A stretch of 64,000 bases of DNA from Promethearchaeota archaeon (GCA_016840085.1 JAEOTA010000036.1:1-64000), one strand, 5' to 3'. Positions 10,221-20,524 are shown, counted from the first letter of the stretch. Numbers and translations are program-made. Notes: a model not told the origin generated them from the letters alone.

Positions 10221-10907
10221 TCAAGAAAGCTTATGTTTTAAGGAGCCATATCCAAGCAGAATGCCACATATTAGCAGAGTATATATCATTATTTTTTGTC
10301 CTGTTGCTTGGATCAATAACCCTTCTGGAGTGCTAATACTTGGATTCAAATACAATGATATGAAATATATTGCCAAAATAACTGCAGAAATTGTTAATAT
10401 GCTGGCATAGAAATTGGAAAATTCTTTATTTCGAAAGATCGCAATTGAATATAGGATAATGTTGATAAAAATTGAAGAAAATGCAATAAGAACAAAAAAT
10501 TCATGAAGAGGATTTAAGAGATTTGATGGTGTAAAAGCAATCCCTATATAACATATTCCAGCAAGAACTCCCAAGATAGATCCAATATAGGAGAATATTC
10601 TTAAATTTTTAATGTGTGTAAATAAAAAAATAAAAGAAATGAAAAAGGGAATTTGGGATACCCCCCAAATGGAAAAAGTGATTAAAAAAAAAATAAAAGC
10701 TGTCTTATTAGGATTTCCTGAATGGGCAACAGTTCTTCCCAGATCACTAAAAAAATTATACCCGAATTGATAATTTGTTGTAGTAGGGTCCACATAAGTT
10801 CCACCCTTATAAAAGAACATTGCAATGCTAGTTAAAATTATGAATTGAGCGCAACCCAATATATTAAATATAGACGCCCACTTCTTTAGGAAATTCCTTG
10901 AAATCAT
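10221..10907 (-). CDS. Integral membrane protein, DUF998-like
   Basis: NFFSDLG motif and about 5 TM helices; overlaps the upstream MFS gene stop (ATGA). Confidence 0.65.
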   Translation of the reverse strand: MISRNFLKKWASIFNILGCAQFIILTSIAMFFYKGGTYVDPTTTNYQFGYNFFSDLGRTVAHSGNPNKTAFIFFLITFSIWGVSQIPFFISFIFLFTHIKNLRIFSYIGSILGVLAGICYIGIAFTPSNLLNPLHEFFVLIAFSSIFINIILYSIAIFRNKEFSNFYASILTISAVILAIYFISLYLNPSISTPEGLLIQATGQKIMIYTLLICGILLGYGSLKHKLS

Positions 10908-12121
10908 TCTAATATACTTTCAATTTCTTTTAATTTTCTAATAAAAATAAGCACTATAAAGAAGATTACAACTAATGTCAAAGATAATGCAAGATATGCT
11001 AAACCAATATCTATATCTGCTATAAACCCGAGAAAAAGTTGCGATATAAAAAATGTCACTCCAAGAGAACTTTCTGAAATGCTACTATATTTGGATGTTT
11101 TTTTCATTATATTAAGAGTGAGGAATAATTTTGATGCTGCTCCATATAGGAATCCATAGAAAAATCCTGAAAACATAAATAAAATTATGAAAAGAGAATA
11201 AACTTCATTTAAAATGAATAAAATAAACAGAAATGAGTAAATAATCAGTATAAGTGTTGAAGCAACTTTTAGTTTGTTTAAAGCTAAAGAAGTTGCCAAA
11301 TACAACGCTAATGATTGCGTTAGTGTTGCAAACACATTAACAAAATATGTGCTTGAAGGATGAAAACCTAATAATTCAGATCTAATTGGATATAGCAAAG
11401 TACCATTTCCTGAAGCAAAAGAAGTAGCAAATATTAATAGTAAAGGGATGATCACAGGGATATAATAATTGCTTATTGTTATTGATTTTTGCTTGTCTTC
11501 AGAATCATTAGTATTAAAATCAGAAGTACTACTTTGAATTCCTAGATTAGGATTAATTGGCTCTTGGAAGAATAAAATTGCTATAAACGCATTTATTGCT
11601 AGAAAAATTGGATTAATATAAAATAGAAATTTTAAATCATCTATAAATTGTAAAAAAATAGCCCCAAATAATAATCCTAAAACTATTGCGACACTCCATG
11701 AGAGGTTAAATCTTGCCAAATATTTCTGGTGATTGATAGATTGATTATCCGAAATACTTGCTTGTAGATTTGGGAAAAAAAATCCTAAGATGAACCCTTC
11801 AAATAGCCTTTCAATTAAAAAAGCAATAGGATCCAATGTAATGTAATAAGTTAATTGAGCACATGTAGCCCCTATCATCGAAATAATTACACTTTTTCTT
11901 CGTCCTAATTTATCTGAGATTTTATTTAATACAATTGGTGAAATACTATAAGTAATGGTAAGAGCTGTGGATAATAGACTAATAATTTTTATTGGAACTC
12001 CTTGTTGAAAGAAATAAATTGGCGTTGCTAACATTAAAAGGGGATTACTAAAAGCATAAATAAATGCTAAACATAGTACGGGCCAAAACCGCCATTTTTG
12101 ACTAAGTTGCATAGTTTCCAT
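10904..12121 (-). CDS. MFS transporter
   Basis: Motif A (SDKLGRRK), about 12 TM segments. Confidence 0.85.
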   Translation of the reverse strand: METMQLSQKWRFWPVLCLAFIYAFSNPLLMLATPIYFFQQGVPIKIISLLSTALTITYSISPIVLNKISDKLGRRKSVIISMIGATCAQLTYYITLDPIAFLIERLFEGFILGFFFPNLQASISDNQSINHQKYLARFNLSWSVAIVLGLLFGAIFLQFIDDLKFLFYINPIFLAINAFIAILFFQEPINPNLGIQSSTSDFNTNDSEDKQKSITISNYYIPVIIPLLLIFATSFASGNGTLLYPIRSELLGFHPSSTYFVNVFATLTQSLALYLATSLALNKLKVASTLILIIYSFLFILFILNEVYSLFIILFMFSGFFYGFLYGAASKLFLTLNIMKKTSKYSSISESSLGVTFFISQLFLGFIADIDIGLAYLALSLTLVVIFFIVLIFIRKLKEIESILE

Positions 12122-12264
12122 TGCTAATATTTCACTTAATAATAACTCGCTTAATCTAAAGAATAAAAGAAAAAATGATTAGTATTTTTTAAAGTTAAAG
12201 AGATAGAAATCTTTTATTTTCAATATGTATTTTTTTTATTTAATTTGGGGAATATTTTATTACG

Positions 12265-13689
12265 ATGTCAGATTTAGATGAAAATAAGCCCAGTATTCAT
12301 CTCTTTAAATCTTTTTGGGCATTATATTTTTTAACTGGGTGCTTTTCTATTGCCTTTAGCGGGATATATATTTTAATTGTGCCATTATCATCACTTTTTT
12401 GGCCAAATGAGCCTTATCACGCTCTTGAAATGGGCTTTTTGATCAGCTCTATGTTTTGGGCTAATTCTCTAGCAGGTTTAATATTTGGCAGGCTTATCGA
12501 TAAATTTAGTCGGACTAAAATCCTTTTTTTAATCGCAGTCATAAGAGGAATGAGTATGATTATGCTAAGTATAACGGTTATAGGGAAAGGGATAAACTCA
12601 TGGTTATATTTCTATATATTCACTACCATTATAGGTGTGTCTGCGGGAGGAAATTATCCCTCCATAGCTTCACTTTCAAATGATATGGTTCCTTTAGAAT
12701 ATAGATCTCGGTTTTTTGGAATACGCAATATTATAAGATCTGTATTTCAATTATCCGGCTTCTTATTAACAGGATTTTTAGTTCTCTTAGATCTATGGCG
12801 TTTATTTTTTATTAGTTCAGGTGTAGCCATAATAATTACTAGTATATTAATGATTCTGACAATTCATGAACCAAAGAGAGGAATTCAACGTGAAGAACTC
12901 TCTGAAGTTCTCAGAGTAGATAAAATCTCTTATGAATTTCAGTTAGACTTTAAAATGATGCGTAAGACTATATTAAGTAAAACTAATATGGTTGCCTTAA
13001 TAGAAGGTATTTTTACAAGTGTTTTTATGGGGAGTTTAACAATATTATTCCTTCCATATCTTCAAACTAGTCCTCATAATTTTTCTCCACTTGCTACCGG
13101 AGCACTTTTAGCATTGTTTGGATTGACTAGTGGATTATTTATGAAATTATTCCTTACAAAATTATCTGATAGATTTTCTGAGAAAAATGATATTAGAAGA
13201 ATCTATTTTATTATAATGGCATTAGCAGTAGGTGCTGCTTCTTTTGTTCTACTATTTTATCTCCCTTTACCACACTTTACTGTAGAAGAAGGAGAGAATC
13301 TTCTATTATTTTTTTCATTTCCAATGATATGGATTATAGGAATAATTGAATCTTTATCTTCCGCAGTTTCTTCGTTATATGAAATTAATCAGCCTCCAGT
13401 TTTGCAAGAAATAAATCTTCCGGAAGCTCAAGGGCAAGTTGTTTCATTAAACAGATTGTTAGAAGCCATTGGTTGGGGTTCAGGCCCCTTGATTGTTGGA
13501 ATCTTTATTGAGTTATCTGGTGAAAATTACCAATTAGTAGCCTTATTAATAGGGATTTTTGCAATTCCGGGGATTATTCTCTGGATATTGAGCATAAAAT
13601 GGTATCAGAAAGATAAAAAAGCAATTTCTTTAATCTTAGTAAAAAGGGCAGGAATGTTGAAATCAAAAGACAATAAAAAAAGTGAATAA
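12265..13689 (+). CDS. MFS transporter
   Basis: GRLIDKFSR motif A, about 12 TM segments. Confidence 0.85.
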   Translation: MSDLDENKPSIHLFKSFWALYFLTGCFSIAFSGIYILIVPLSSLFWPNEPYHALEMGFLISSMFWANSLAGLIFGRLIDKFSRTKILFLIAVIRGMSMIMLSITVIGKGINSWLYFYIFTTIIGVSAGGNYPSIASLSNDMVPLEYRSRFFGIRNIIRSVFQLSGFLLTGFLVLLDLWRLFFISSGVAIIITSILMILTIHEPKRGIQREELSEVLRVDKISYEFQLDFKMMRKTILSKTNMVALIEGIFTSVFMGSLTILFLPYLQTSPHNFSPLATGALLALFGLTSGLFMKLFLTKLSDRFSEKNDIRRIYFIIMALAVGAASFVLLFYLPLPHFTVEEGENLLLFFSFPMIWIIGIIESLSSAVSSLYEINQPPVLQEINLPEAQGQVVSLNRLLEAIGWGSGPLIVGIFIELSGENYQLVALLIGIFAIPGIILWILSIKWYQKDKKAISLILVKRAGMLKSKDNKKSE

Positions 13690-13858
13690 TTTGAAAGAAT
13701 TCTTTTTTTTTGATCTTTCGGTTTTCCTTTTATTTATTAAAACTTTCTTAATTTATATCTTATCAAATGTAAAAGTTTACATCAAATATCTCGACCTTTT
13801 CATAATAATAGAAGAAATAAATATATTTTACGAAGAAAAGATTAAGTACTTTTTTTAA

Positions 13859-15130
13859 CTATTGTTTTTCTTTCTTTTCTAATCGTTCTAATGCATTTCG
13901 AATCTTTTTTAATTCTTCTAAATTTAACTTGTCTTCTTGTATAATCTTATTCTTCTCTAAACTCTCATTCTTTGATTGGGCTTCTAATAATCTTATTTTA
14001 TCCCTTATCGCAGCACGAATAAATTCAGATTGTGATTGACGCGAAATCTGTGCATAATATTTAATATTATCTAATTCAGTGATACTTGCTAAAAATTTGA
14101 CCTGTTGACTTTTTTTCAATGCTTTTTCTACTTCTTTTAATTCTTCTTTTCTCTTTTTTTTCTCAATTTCTCTTGCTCTTGTTTCTTCTACATCTGGTTT
14201 TTCCAGATAAATTCCATTTCTATGAGCGGGAATAACTTTTTTCTTTAATTCACTCATAATACTAGATCTAAGAGAGATAGGTGTGGGGGGTTCTTCAACT
14301 GAAGCTTTATATGTTATTTGTGCTTCAGGATCGTCCCACCGTAGTGTTTGGAGCGATTCAAGTTGAATTATTGACTTCGGGAGTTCCTTTATTTTGTTTC
14401 GCCACAAAAAGAGAGATTTTAAGGATGTTAAATTTTTGAATGACTCAGGAAGAGTTGTGAGATCATTACCACTTAAATAAAGTACTTTAAGAGACTTTAA
14501 ATTTCCAATCGTATCTGGGAGTACCTCTAATCGATTTTCACCCAACCATAAGGTCCTTAGTGAGGAAAGATTCCCTATTGATTCTGGGAGTGTCGTTAAT
14601 TGATTATTTCCTAAACTTAGATAACTTAATGAGGAAAGGTTTCCAATTGACTCGGGGAGTGTTGTTAGCTTTGTTCCCGTCAAATATAGTTCCTTAAGTG
14701 ATGATAAATTTCCGATTGACTCAGGGATACTCTTTAATGGATTATTTTCTAAAATAAGTATTTTAAGAAATTTTAAATTTCCTATTGATTTTGGAATTGT
14801 CTCTAATTTATTTGACTTAAAACTAAGATATTCAAGCGATGTGAGATTTCCAATCGACTCAGGGATAGTTTTTAGATAATTATAACGTAAATAAAGTAAA
14901 TTAAGTGATCTAAGGTTCCCAATCGACTCTGGAAGTATCCTTAATTTTTTGCCCCGTTCTCGTAATACCCTACCATCCAACATTAGCATAGTTATTTGAT
15001 CGCCATCTATTTTAACCCCTAAGGTTGATTCCTTTATGTTTTCTACTCGAGGAATAGGCTTCCCTATCAATTCTTCTAGTTCTCTTAATGTTTCAGCTTC
15101 TTCTGTTTTTAAATTATGTTTTTCACTCAT
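13859..15130 (-). CDS. Leucine-rich repeat protein with C-terminal ribbon-helix-helix-like domain
   Basis: About 8-9 23-aa repeats LxxLPESIGNLxxLxxLxLxxN; QQVKFLA...SQSEFIRAAIRDKI resembles CopG/RHH; start moved to ATG 15130, preceded by GGGTG. Confidence 0.8.
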   Translation of the reverse strand: MSEKHNLKTEEAETLRELEELIGKPIPRVENIKESTLGVKIDGDQITMLMLDGRVLRERGKKLRILPESIGNLRSLNLLYLRYNYLKTIPESIGNLTSLEYLSFKSNKLETIPKSIGNLKFLKILILENNPLKSIPESIGNLSSLKELYLTGTKLTTLPESIGNLSSLSYLSLGNNQLTTLPESIGNLSSLRTLWLGENRLEVLPDTIGNLKSLKVLYLSGNDLTTLPESFKNLTSLKSLFLWRNKIKELPKSIIQLESLQTLRWDDPEAQITYKASVEEPPTPISLRSSIMSELKKKVIPAHRNGIYLEKPDVEETRAREIEKKKRKEELKEVEKALKKSQQVKFLASITELDNIKYYAQISRQSQSEFIRAAIRDKIRLLEAQSKNESLEKNKIIQEDKLNLEELKKIRNALERLEKKEKQ

Positions 15131-15181
15131 TTGTTTAAATTTCACCCTTTTAATAATTTGATTTAAACCTATTTTAATTTT

Positions 15182-15322
15182 TCATTTTTTTTTTACTTTT
15201 ACTTTTAATTCGTTATTCTCAGCCATTCTAACCAGTTTTAATTCCCTCATTACCCTAGTTCTCATATTTGTGATTCCATTAATTTCTTCTTGTTCTGGCT
15301 TTTTTAATAACATCTGAGTCAT
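15182..15322 (-). CDS. Small 46-aa ORF (MTQMLLKKPEQEEINGITNMRTRVMRELKLVRMAENNELKVKVKKK) upstream of the LRR-RHH gene
   Basis: ATG 15322 to TGA 15182; lies between the predicted promoter and the LRR gene; below the ORF-track cutoff. Confidence 0.5.
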   Translation of the reverse strand: MTQMLLKKPEQEEINGITNMRTRVMRELKLVRMAENNELKVKVKKK

Positions 15323-15344
15323 TTTTTTCAGCCTTAAATTTCTC

Positions 15345-15413
15345 TATGTACTGATTATGTACATGATCATATTATGAATTATCCTATTTAAATCTTATGT
15401 ACCGAATATGTAC
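15345..15413 (-). promoter_or_regulatory. TATA box (TTTAAATA, 15392-15385) flanked by two pairs of TATGTAC direct repeats; putative operator
   Basis: TATGTAC on + strand at 15345, 15356, 15396 and 15407, 11-bp period within each pair. Confidence 0.65.
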
Positions 15414-15501
15414 ACAAAAATAAAATTTGCCCATAAATTCTACTTTTTTGAGTTCTTTTCAGAAAATAAGAGGAATTTAGTTTTAATATTAAAACTCTAG
15501 G

Positions 15502-17862
15502 TTAAATTAAAGCATGTTCCGTTCTTCTTATAATCTCATCTTGCAAATCGGAACCCAAGTTAATGAAGTAATCGCTGTATCCAGCAACTCTGACGATTAA
15601 GTTTCTAAATCTCTCTGGGCTTCTCTGTGCAGCTCGTAGAGTATCTGCTGAGACAACATTAAATTGAATATGATGGCCATCCATTTTAAAATAAGCACGA
15701 ATTAAATGAGTTAGATTATTTATACCTGTATCACTCGAAAAGAACTTAGGCGAGAATTTTTGATTTAATAATGTCCCTCCAGTACGTAGATGATCAATTT
15801 TACCTGCAGAGTTAATCACTGCGGTTGGTCCTTTAAGATCCATTCCCTGAACGGGGGATATACCTTCTGATAATGGTTTAAAGGCTTTTCTACCATCTGG
15901 AGTCGCACCAGTTACTTGACCAAAATAAATATGGACAGTTGTTGGCAAGAGATTAATCCTGTGTGCACCACCTCTCGTATTAGGGCGTCCATTTATTGAA
16001 TCATATACAATTTCAAAGACGTCCTGAGTGATGGAATCCGCATAATCATCATCATTCCCATATTTAGGCGTTTTATTTAGTAATTTTTGTCGCAAATCTT
16101 CAGATCCATTAAAATCATTCTTTAGGGCTTTCAGAAGTTCTTCCATCTTGAAATTATTATTGTCATAAATGTTATACTTTAATGAAGCTAGACAATCTGT
16201 TATGCTCCCCATACCTACGATTTGAATATAGGAAGTATTATATCTTGCACCACCATCGTTATAATCCTTTCCTTTCTTGATGCAATCTTCAATTATTATA
16301 GATAAAAAGGGAGAGGGGTTTTGAGCCCAAATCCGTTCAATAATTTGGTTGCCTTTTATTTTTATATCTACAAAATGACATATTTGTTTAGAATAAGCTT
16401 CCATTAACTCATCAAAATTTTTAAAAACTGTTGGGTTCCCCGTTTTTAATCCAATCTGTTTTTTAGTTAGAGGATCGAAACCATTATTAAGAGTAATTTC
16501 AAGAATTTTCACTAAATTAAAATATCCTGTTAGAATATATGCTTCCTTTCCAAAGGCTCCAGCTTCAACACACCCACTTGCCCCAGCATTTCTTGCATCA
16601 ATCAATGACTTTCCTTGACGTGTAAGTTCTTGAATAATCGCATCAGCATTAAATACTGATGGTTGACCAAATCCAGTTTTTATAATTTTAATAGCTCGTT
16701 TTAAAAAATCATCAGGAGTTTTTTTACTAATTTGGACATTACTACTTGGCTGTAAGATACGCATCTCTTCTATTACATCCAGAAGAATATACGATAATTC
16801 ATTCACACCGTCAGAACCATCTTCTTTTAAACCGCCAATATTAATATTACAAAAATCTGTGTATGTGCTACTTTCCTCTGCTGTAACACCTACTTTGGGC
16901 GGAGCAAGTTGGTTGTTAAATTTAATCCAAAACGCTTGAAGTAATTCTATAGCTTCTTCTTTAGTTAAAGTGCCATTAGAAATATCCTTTTTGAAAAAGG
17001 GATATAAATTTTGATCAAGACGTCCAGGATTGAAAGAATCCCAGGTATTATATTCAGTTATAACACCTAAATGGATAAACCAATAATGTTGTAATGCTTC
17101 CCAAAAATTTCTTGGAGCATTTGCCGGAACATATGAACAAATCTCTATTATTCGCTCTAATTCCCTTTTCCTTATAGGATCAGATTCATTTTCAGCTAAT
17201 ATTCTCGTTTTTTCGGCATATCTATTAGCATAAGCGATGATTGCATCTGCTGCTATACTCATAGCCTTCAATTCTTCTCTTTTGTCAAATGCATCGAGAT
17301 CATTATAAAAATCCAAATCTTCTATAGATTTTTTAATTAATTCTTTAAAGTCTAAAAAACCCATTTTCCAAATATTATCTCCTGCTACAGTATGTCCTGG
17401 AGCTCGTTGTTCCATAAATTCAGTAAAAATACCCGCTTCATAAGCATCAATCCATTCTTGGTCAACGTGAGAAAAAATCTTTTCTCTAATTGTTCTTCCT
17501 TTCCAAAATGGAATAATAATATCTTTCGATTTCTGTTTAGTTTCTTCATCAACTCTGAAAGAAATTTTTTTTCGAGAATTTAAAATTTCTAAGTCTTTCA
17601 AACTATGACAACAGACTTCTGGATAAGAGGGTGTAGCTTTAGGTTCCGGTCCTCTCTCTCCTACAATTAATTCACCATCGTTGATGCAAATTTCTTTATT
17701 TTCTAATATATATTGAAAAGCTTTAGCTCTAGCAACCGGGGGAGAGTGTTTGTGCGCTGCTCCTTTACTATAAAAATCAGTAATTAATAAAGCACGTTCC
17801 AGTGAGAGATATGGAATTGCTTCACGACTTTGTGTTCGTAGGTTTCTTATCCTCTCTCTCAT
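15502..17862 (-). CDS. hypD: Glycyl radical enzyme, trans-4-hydroxy-L-proline dehydratase-like
   Basis: FTEFMEQRAPGHT, ESSTYTDF, SGCVE, EAYILTGY, LPTT and RVAGYS glycyl motif match HypD as recalled. Confidence 0.8.
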   Translation of the reverse strand: MRERIRNLRTQSREAIPYLSLERALLITDFYSKGAAHKHSPPVARAKAFQYILENKEICINDGELIVGERGPEPKATPSYPEVCCHSLKDLEILNSRKKISFRVDEETKQKSKDIIIPFWKGRTIREKIFSHVDQEWIDAYEAGIFTEFMEQRAPGHTVAGDNIWKMGFLDFKELIKKSIEDLDFYNDLDAFDKREELKAMSIAADAIIAYANRYAEKTRILAENESDPIRKRELERIIEICSYVPANAPRNFWEALQHYWFIHLGVITEYNTWDSFNPGRLDQNLYPFFKKDISNGTLTKEEAIELLQAFWIKFNNQLAPPKVGVTAEESSTYTDFCNINIGGLKEDGSDGVNELSYILLDVIEEMRILQPSSNVQISKKTPDDFLKRAIKIIKTGFGQPSVFNADAIIQELTRQGKSLIDARNAGASGCVEAGAFGKEAYILTGYFNLVKILEITLNNGFDPLTKKQIGLKTGNPTVFKNFDELMEAYSKQICHFVDIKIKGNQIIERIWAQNPSPFLSIIIEDCIKKGKDYNDGGARYNTSYIQIVGMGSITDCLASLKYNIYDNNNFKMEELLKALKNDFNGSEDLRQKLLNKTPKYGNDDDYADSITQDVFEIVYDSINGRPNTRGGAHRINLLPTTVHIYFGQVTGATPDGRKAFKPLSEGISPVQGMDLKGPTAVINSAGKIDHLRTGGTLLNQKFSPKFFSSDTGINNLTHLIRAYFKMDGHHIQFNVVSADTLRAAQRSPERFRNLIVRVAGYSDYFINLGSDLQDEIIRRTEHALI

Positions 17863-18077
17863 AATTGCTCTTAATGGTAAAATTAGTATTGTATTCTTTT
17901 TCTGATATAATTCTCTTAATTACTAATATTAATACAATATCTCTAGGTTTAAAAAATATAGTCTTATTAAAAAAAATAAACCAAAACTTGAGAAAGTAGG
18001 AGATTTATTATTTTTTGCGAAATTCTCCTGATCATCATTTCAATTAGGACAAAATAAAAATATTGAGTAGTTTATAA

Positions 18078-19154
18078 ATGATTGTTAATGAAGAACATCG
18101 TCAATTATTAATCAAACTTGCAAAAGAATATAAATTTTCTTCACAATCTTACCCTGCTGACGAAAATGGAGACCCTAAAGAGGCTTATCTTGAATACTTG
18201 AGTTTGATGTATGATCCAGGAATTGTTGAAATTGTTTTGCAACTCCCAATATTCCCAAAAATGAGTTCTGCTACAAAGTTAGCTAAAGAACTGACAATTG
18301 ATAAGGGTGAATTAATAGCGAAATTACAACCTTGTACAAAGAAAGGATTTATATTAAAAATAGGCAAAAGTTATGCGCGTCCCTCACCTTTATTGATATA
18401 CGATGCTCCATTCATAGTGAAGGAAAATTATGAAGGAACGGATAATGTTAAATTTGCTCAATTAAGTAGAAAATTCTTTGAAGACGATTATTATAAAACA
18501 TGGGAAACAAGTCGAAAAGGAATACCAAGAACGAGAGTATTAACAGTGTCAGAAAAGGTAGATCCTAGTCATGAAATCATACCTATCGAAGAAGTTTATA
18601 ATATAATTGATGTGCAAAAAGATTTTGCTTTACTCCCATGTCCATGTCGTAATAGGAAGGAGATTGAGGGAATTCGAGAATGCAAAGGTAAGTATCCGAT
18701 ACATAATTGTATTGTCATAGGGGCGTATGCCCAAGGTTTGTTAGAGATGGGGGACCCTGTTATAAAATCTATTACAAAAGAAGAGGTTAAAAAAATAACA
18801 AAAGAAGCAGCTGAACTTGGGTTAGTACATATGACGGATAATCATGCTGAACATACTAATATAATTTGTGCCTGTTGTGAATGTTGCTGTGGGAATTTGG
18901 CAGGATTAATAAGGTTTCAAGATAACCCAAGAGCAATTGCTAAAGCTAATTTCATATCTATAATTGATGAGGATTTATGTACTGCATGTGAAACGTGTGT
19001 AGATAGATGTAAATTCGACGCAATTACTATTGACGATTTTGCTTATGTTAATCCTGATAAATGTGTAGGGTGTGGTTTATGCGCATTAACATGCCCCAAT
19101 GATGCGATAACAATAAAAAGATATGAAAGAGAACCGATACCCGGATTAGAGTAG
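18078..19154 (+). CDS. 4Fe-4S dicluster-binding protein with CPCR and CxCCxCCC motifs
   Basis: CPCR, CACCECCC and two CxxCxxCxxxC motifs. Confidence 0.85.
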   Translation: MIVNEEHRQLLIKLAKEYKFSSQSYPADENGDPKEAYLEYLSLMYDPGIVEIVLQLPIFPKMSSATKLAKELTIDKGELIAKLQPCTKKGFILKIGKSYARPSPLLIYDAPFIVKENYEGTDNVKFAQLSRKFFEDDYYKTWETSRKGIPRTRVLTVSEKVDPSHEIIPIEEVYNIIDVQKDFALLPCPCRNRKEIEGIRECKGKYPIHNCIVIGAYAQGLLEMGDPVIKSITKEEVKKITKEAAELGLVHMTDNHAEHTNIICACCECCCGNLAGLIRFQDNPRAIAKANFISIIDEDLCTACETCVDRCKFDAITIDDFAYVNPDKCVGCGLCALTCPNDAITIKRYEREPIPGLE

Positions 19155-19237
19155 GATTATTATATACATCATAAAAAATTTAATAAGTAGCAAACATAGT
19201 TAGAAGAAAATTTAACACTTCTAAAGGTGGTTTTATC

Positions 19238-20347
19238 ATAACATTAAATGATGAAATTGAAAAGTTGTTAATAGAACGCGGTGCTCTTAGAGTTGGATTT
19301 GCAACCTTAGAAACCATGGAAGGAGGACCTCCTGGAGCAGATATAACATATCTATTACCAGAAGCACAATCAGCTATAGGATTTGCTATTCCATTGGATA
19401 AAGAGCTGATTAGACCATATCTAAGAAAGGAACTACCCAATGCTCGCGCTGATCATGAAAAGGATAATATTGAGGTTAATATTAGAGCATGGCGTATAGC
19501 TAAAGATGTAAGAGATTTCTTGAGAGCAGAAGGTCATAAGGCAATGTCTGTTATACCAAATAACAAATATAGAGAAGATGTTCCAGGGTGGCAAGCATCC
19601 TTACCTCCTGAAATTTCATTAAGATATCTAGCTGTTCGTTCTGGTGTTGCTTCTTTTGGATGGTCTGGTAATGTTGGAATAAAAGATATTGGTACTCCCA
19701 TTATTTTAGGAGGTATAGTAACATCTGTTAAATTAGAACCAACGGATCCAATCCCTCCAGAAGAATCATTTTGTGTCAAATGTAAACTCTGTACAAGAGT
19801 ATGCGGCTTTCAAATGTTTTCGGATAAAGAAGAAACAGTAGTTATTCTTGGAGGTTATACTTTTACATATGCAAAAAGGATTAATAAATCAAGATGTCTC
19901 CTTGTATGTGGAGGATCTACAGGATTACATAAATCAGGGCAATTTTCAACTTGGTCACCTGGTCGATATGATTATCCTGAAGATGATTATGAAGTAAACC
20001 GTCTTATGACGCTTGCATTAACATCTCAAAAAAAGAGGCCTAAAATTAGGGATCATTCAAAAGGTTATGTTCCTGCTTCATATGGCGGGACAGGAACAGT
20101 ACAGCTCACCTGTGGAAATTGTAATATTATTTGCTGGGGAGATCGTGTAGAGACTGCAAAAAATTATAAACTATTAAAAAATTCTGGATGTGTTATTCAA
20201 AAAGAAAATGGGGAACTTCTAGTTTTTCCTTCTGAGAAAGCTAGGGAAGAATTTGAAAAAATGGATCCCAAACATAAACGACTTTATTACAAAGATTATA
20301 AGAAAAAGATAAGAAAAAGAGCAGAAATTACTCAGCTGATGCCATAA
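19238..20347 (+). CDS. Epoxyqueuosine reductase / reductive dehalogenase-like Fe-S protein
   Basis: LAVRSGVASFGWSG, CVKCKLCTRVC, TCGNCNIIC; start tentatively extended to ATA 19238 after GGTGGT (ORF track starts at TTG 19265). Confidence 0.7.
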   Translation: MTLNDEIEKLLIERGALRVGFATLETMEGGPPGADITYLLPEAQSAIGFAIPLDKELIRPYLRKELPNARADHEKDNIEVNIRAWRIAKDVRDFLRAEGHKAMSVIPNNKYREDVPGWQASLPPEISLRYLAVRSGVASFGWSGNVGIKDIGTPIILGGIVTSVKLEPTDPIPPEESFCVKCKLCTRVCGFQMFSDKEETVVILGGYTFTYAKRINKSRCLLVCGGSTGLHKSGQFSTWSPGRYDYPEDDYEVNRLMTLALTSQKKRPKIRDHSKGYVPASYGGTGTVQLTCGNCNIICWGDRVETAKNYKLLKNSGCVIQKENGELLVFPSEKAREEFEKMDPKHKRLYYKDYKKKIRKRAEITQLMP

Positions 20348-20524
20348 TAGAAATCAGATATTTGTCATATTTGTTATTTCAGATTCAAATTTTAATCTAA
20401 CTTGTTGATTTTTCATGAGTGATCGAATGAATATTTTGTTTTTCATAACAGATCAGCAAAAATTTGACTATATGAGTATATCCGAAAAGACTTTCCATTA
20501 GTTAAATCACAAGGGATAGAAATT

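Noticed and set aside
14440-14940. 69-bp periodic repeats as a CRISPR array
   Set aside because: They are the coding repeats of the LRR protein; there are no unique spacers or cas genes.
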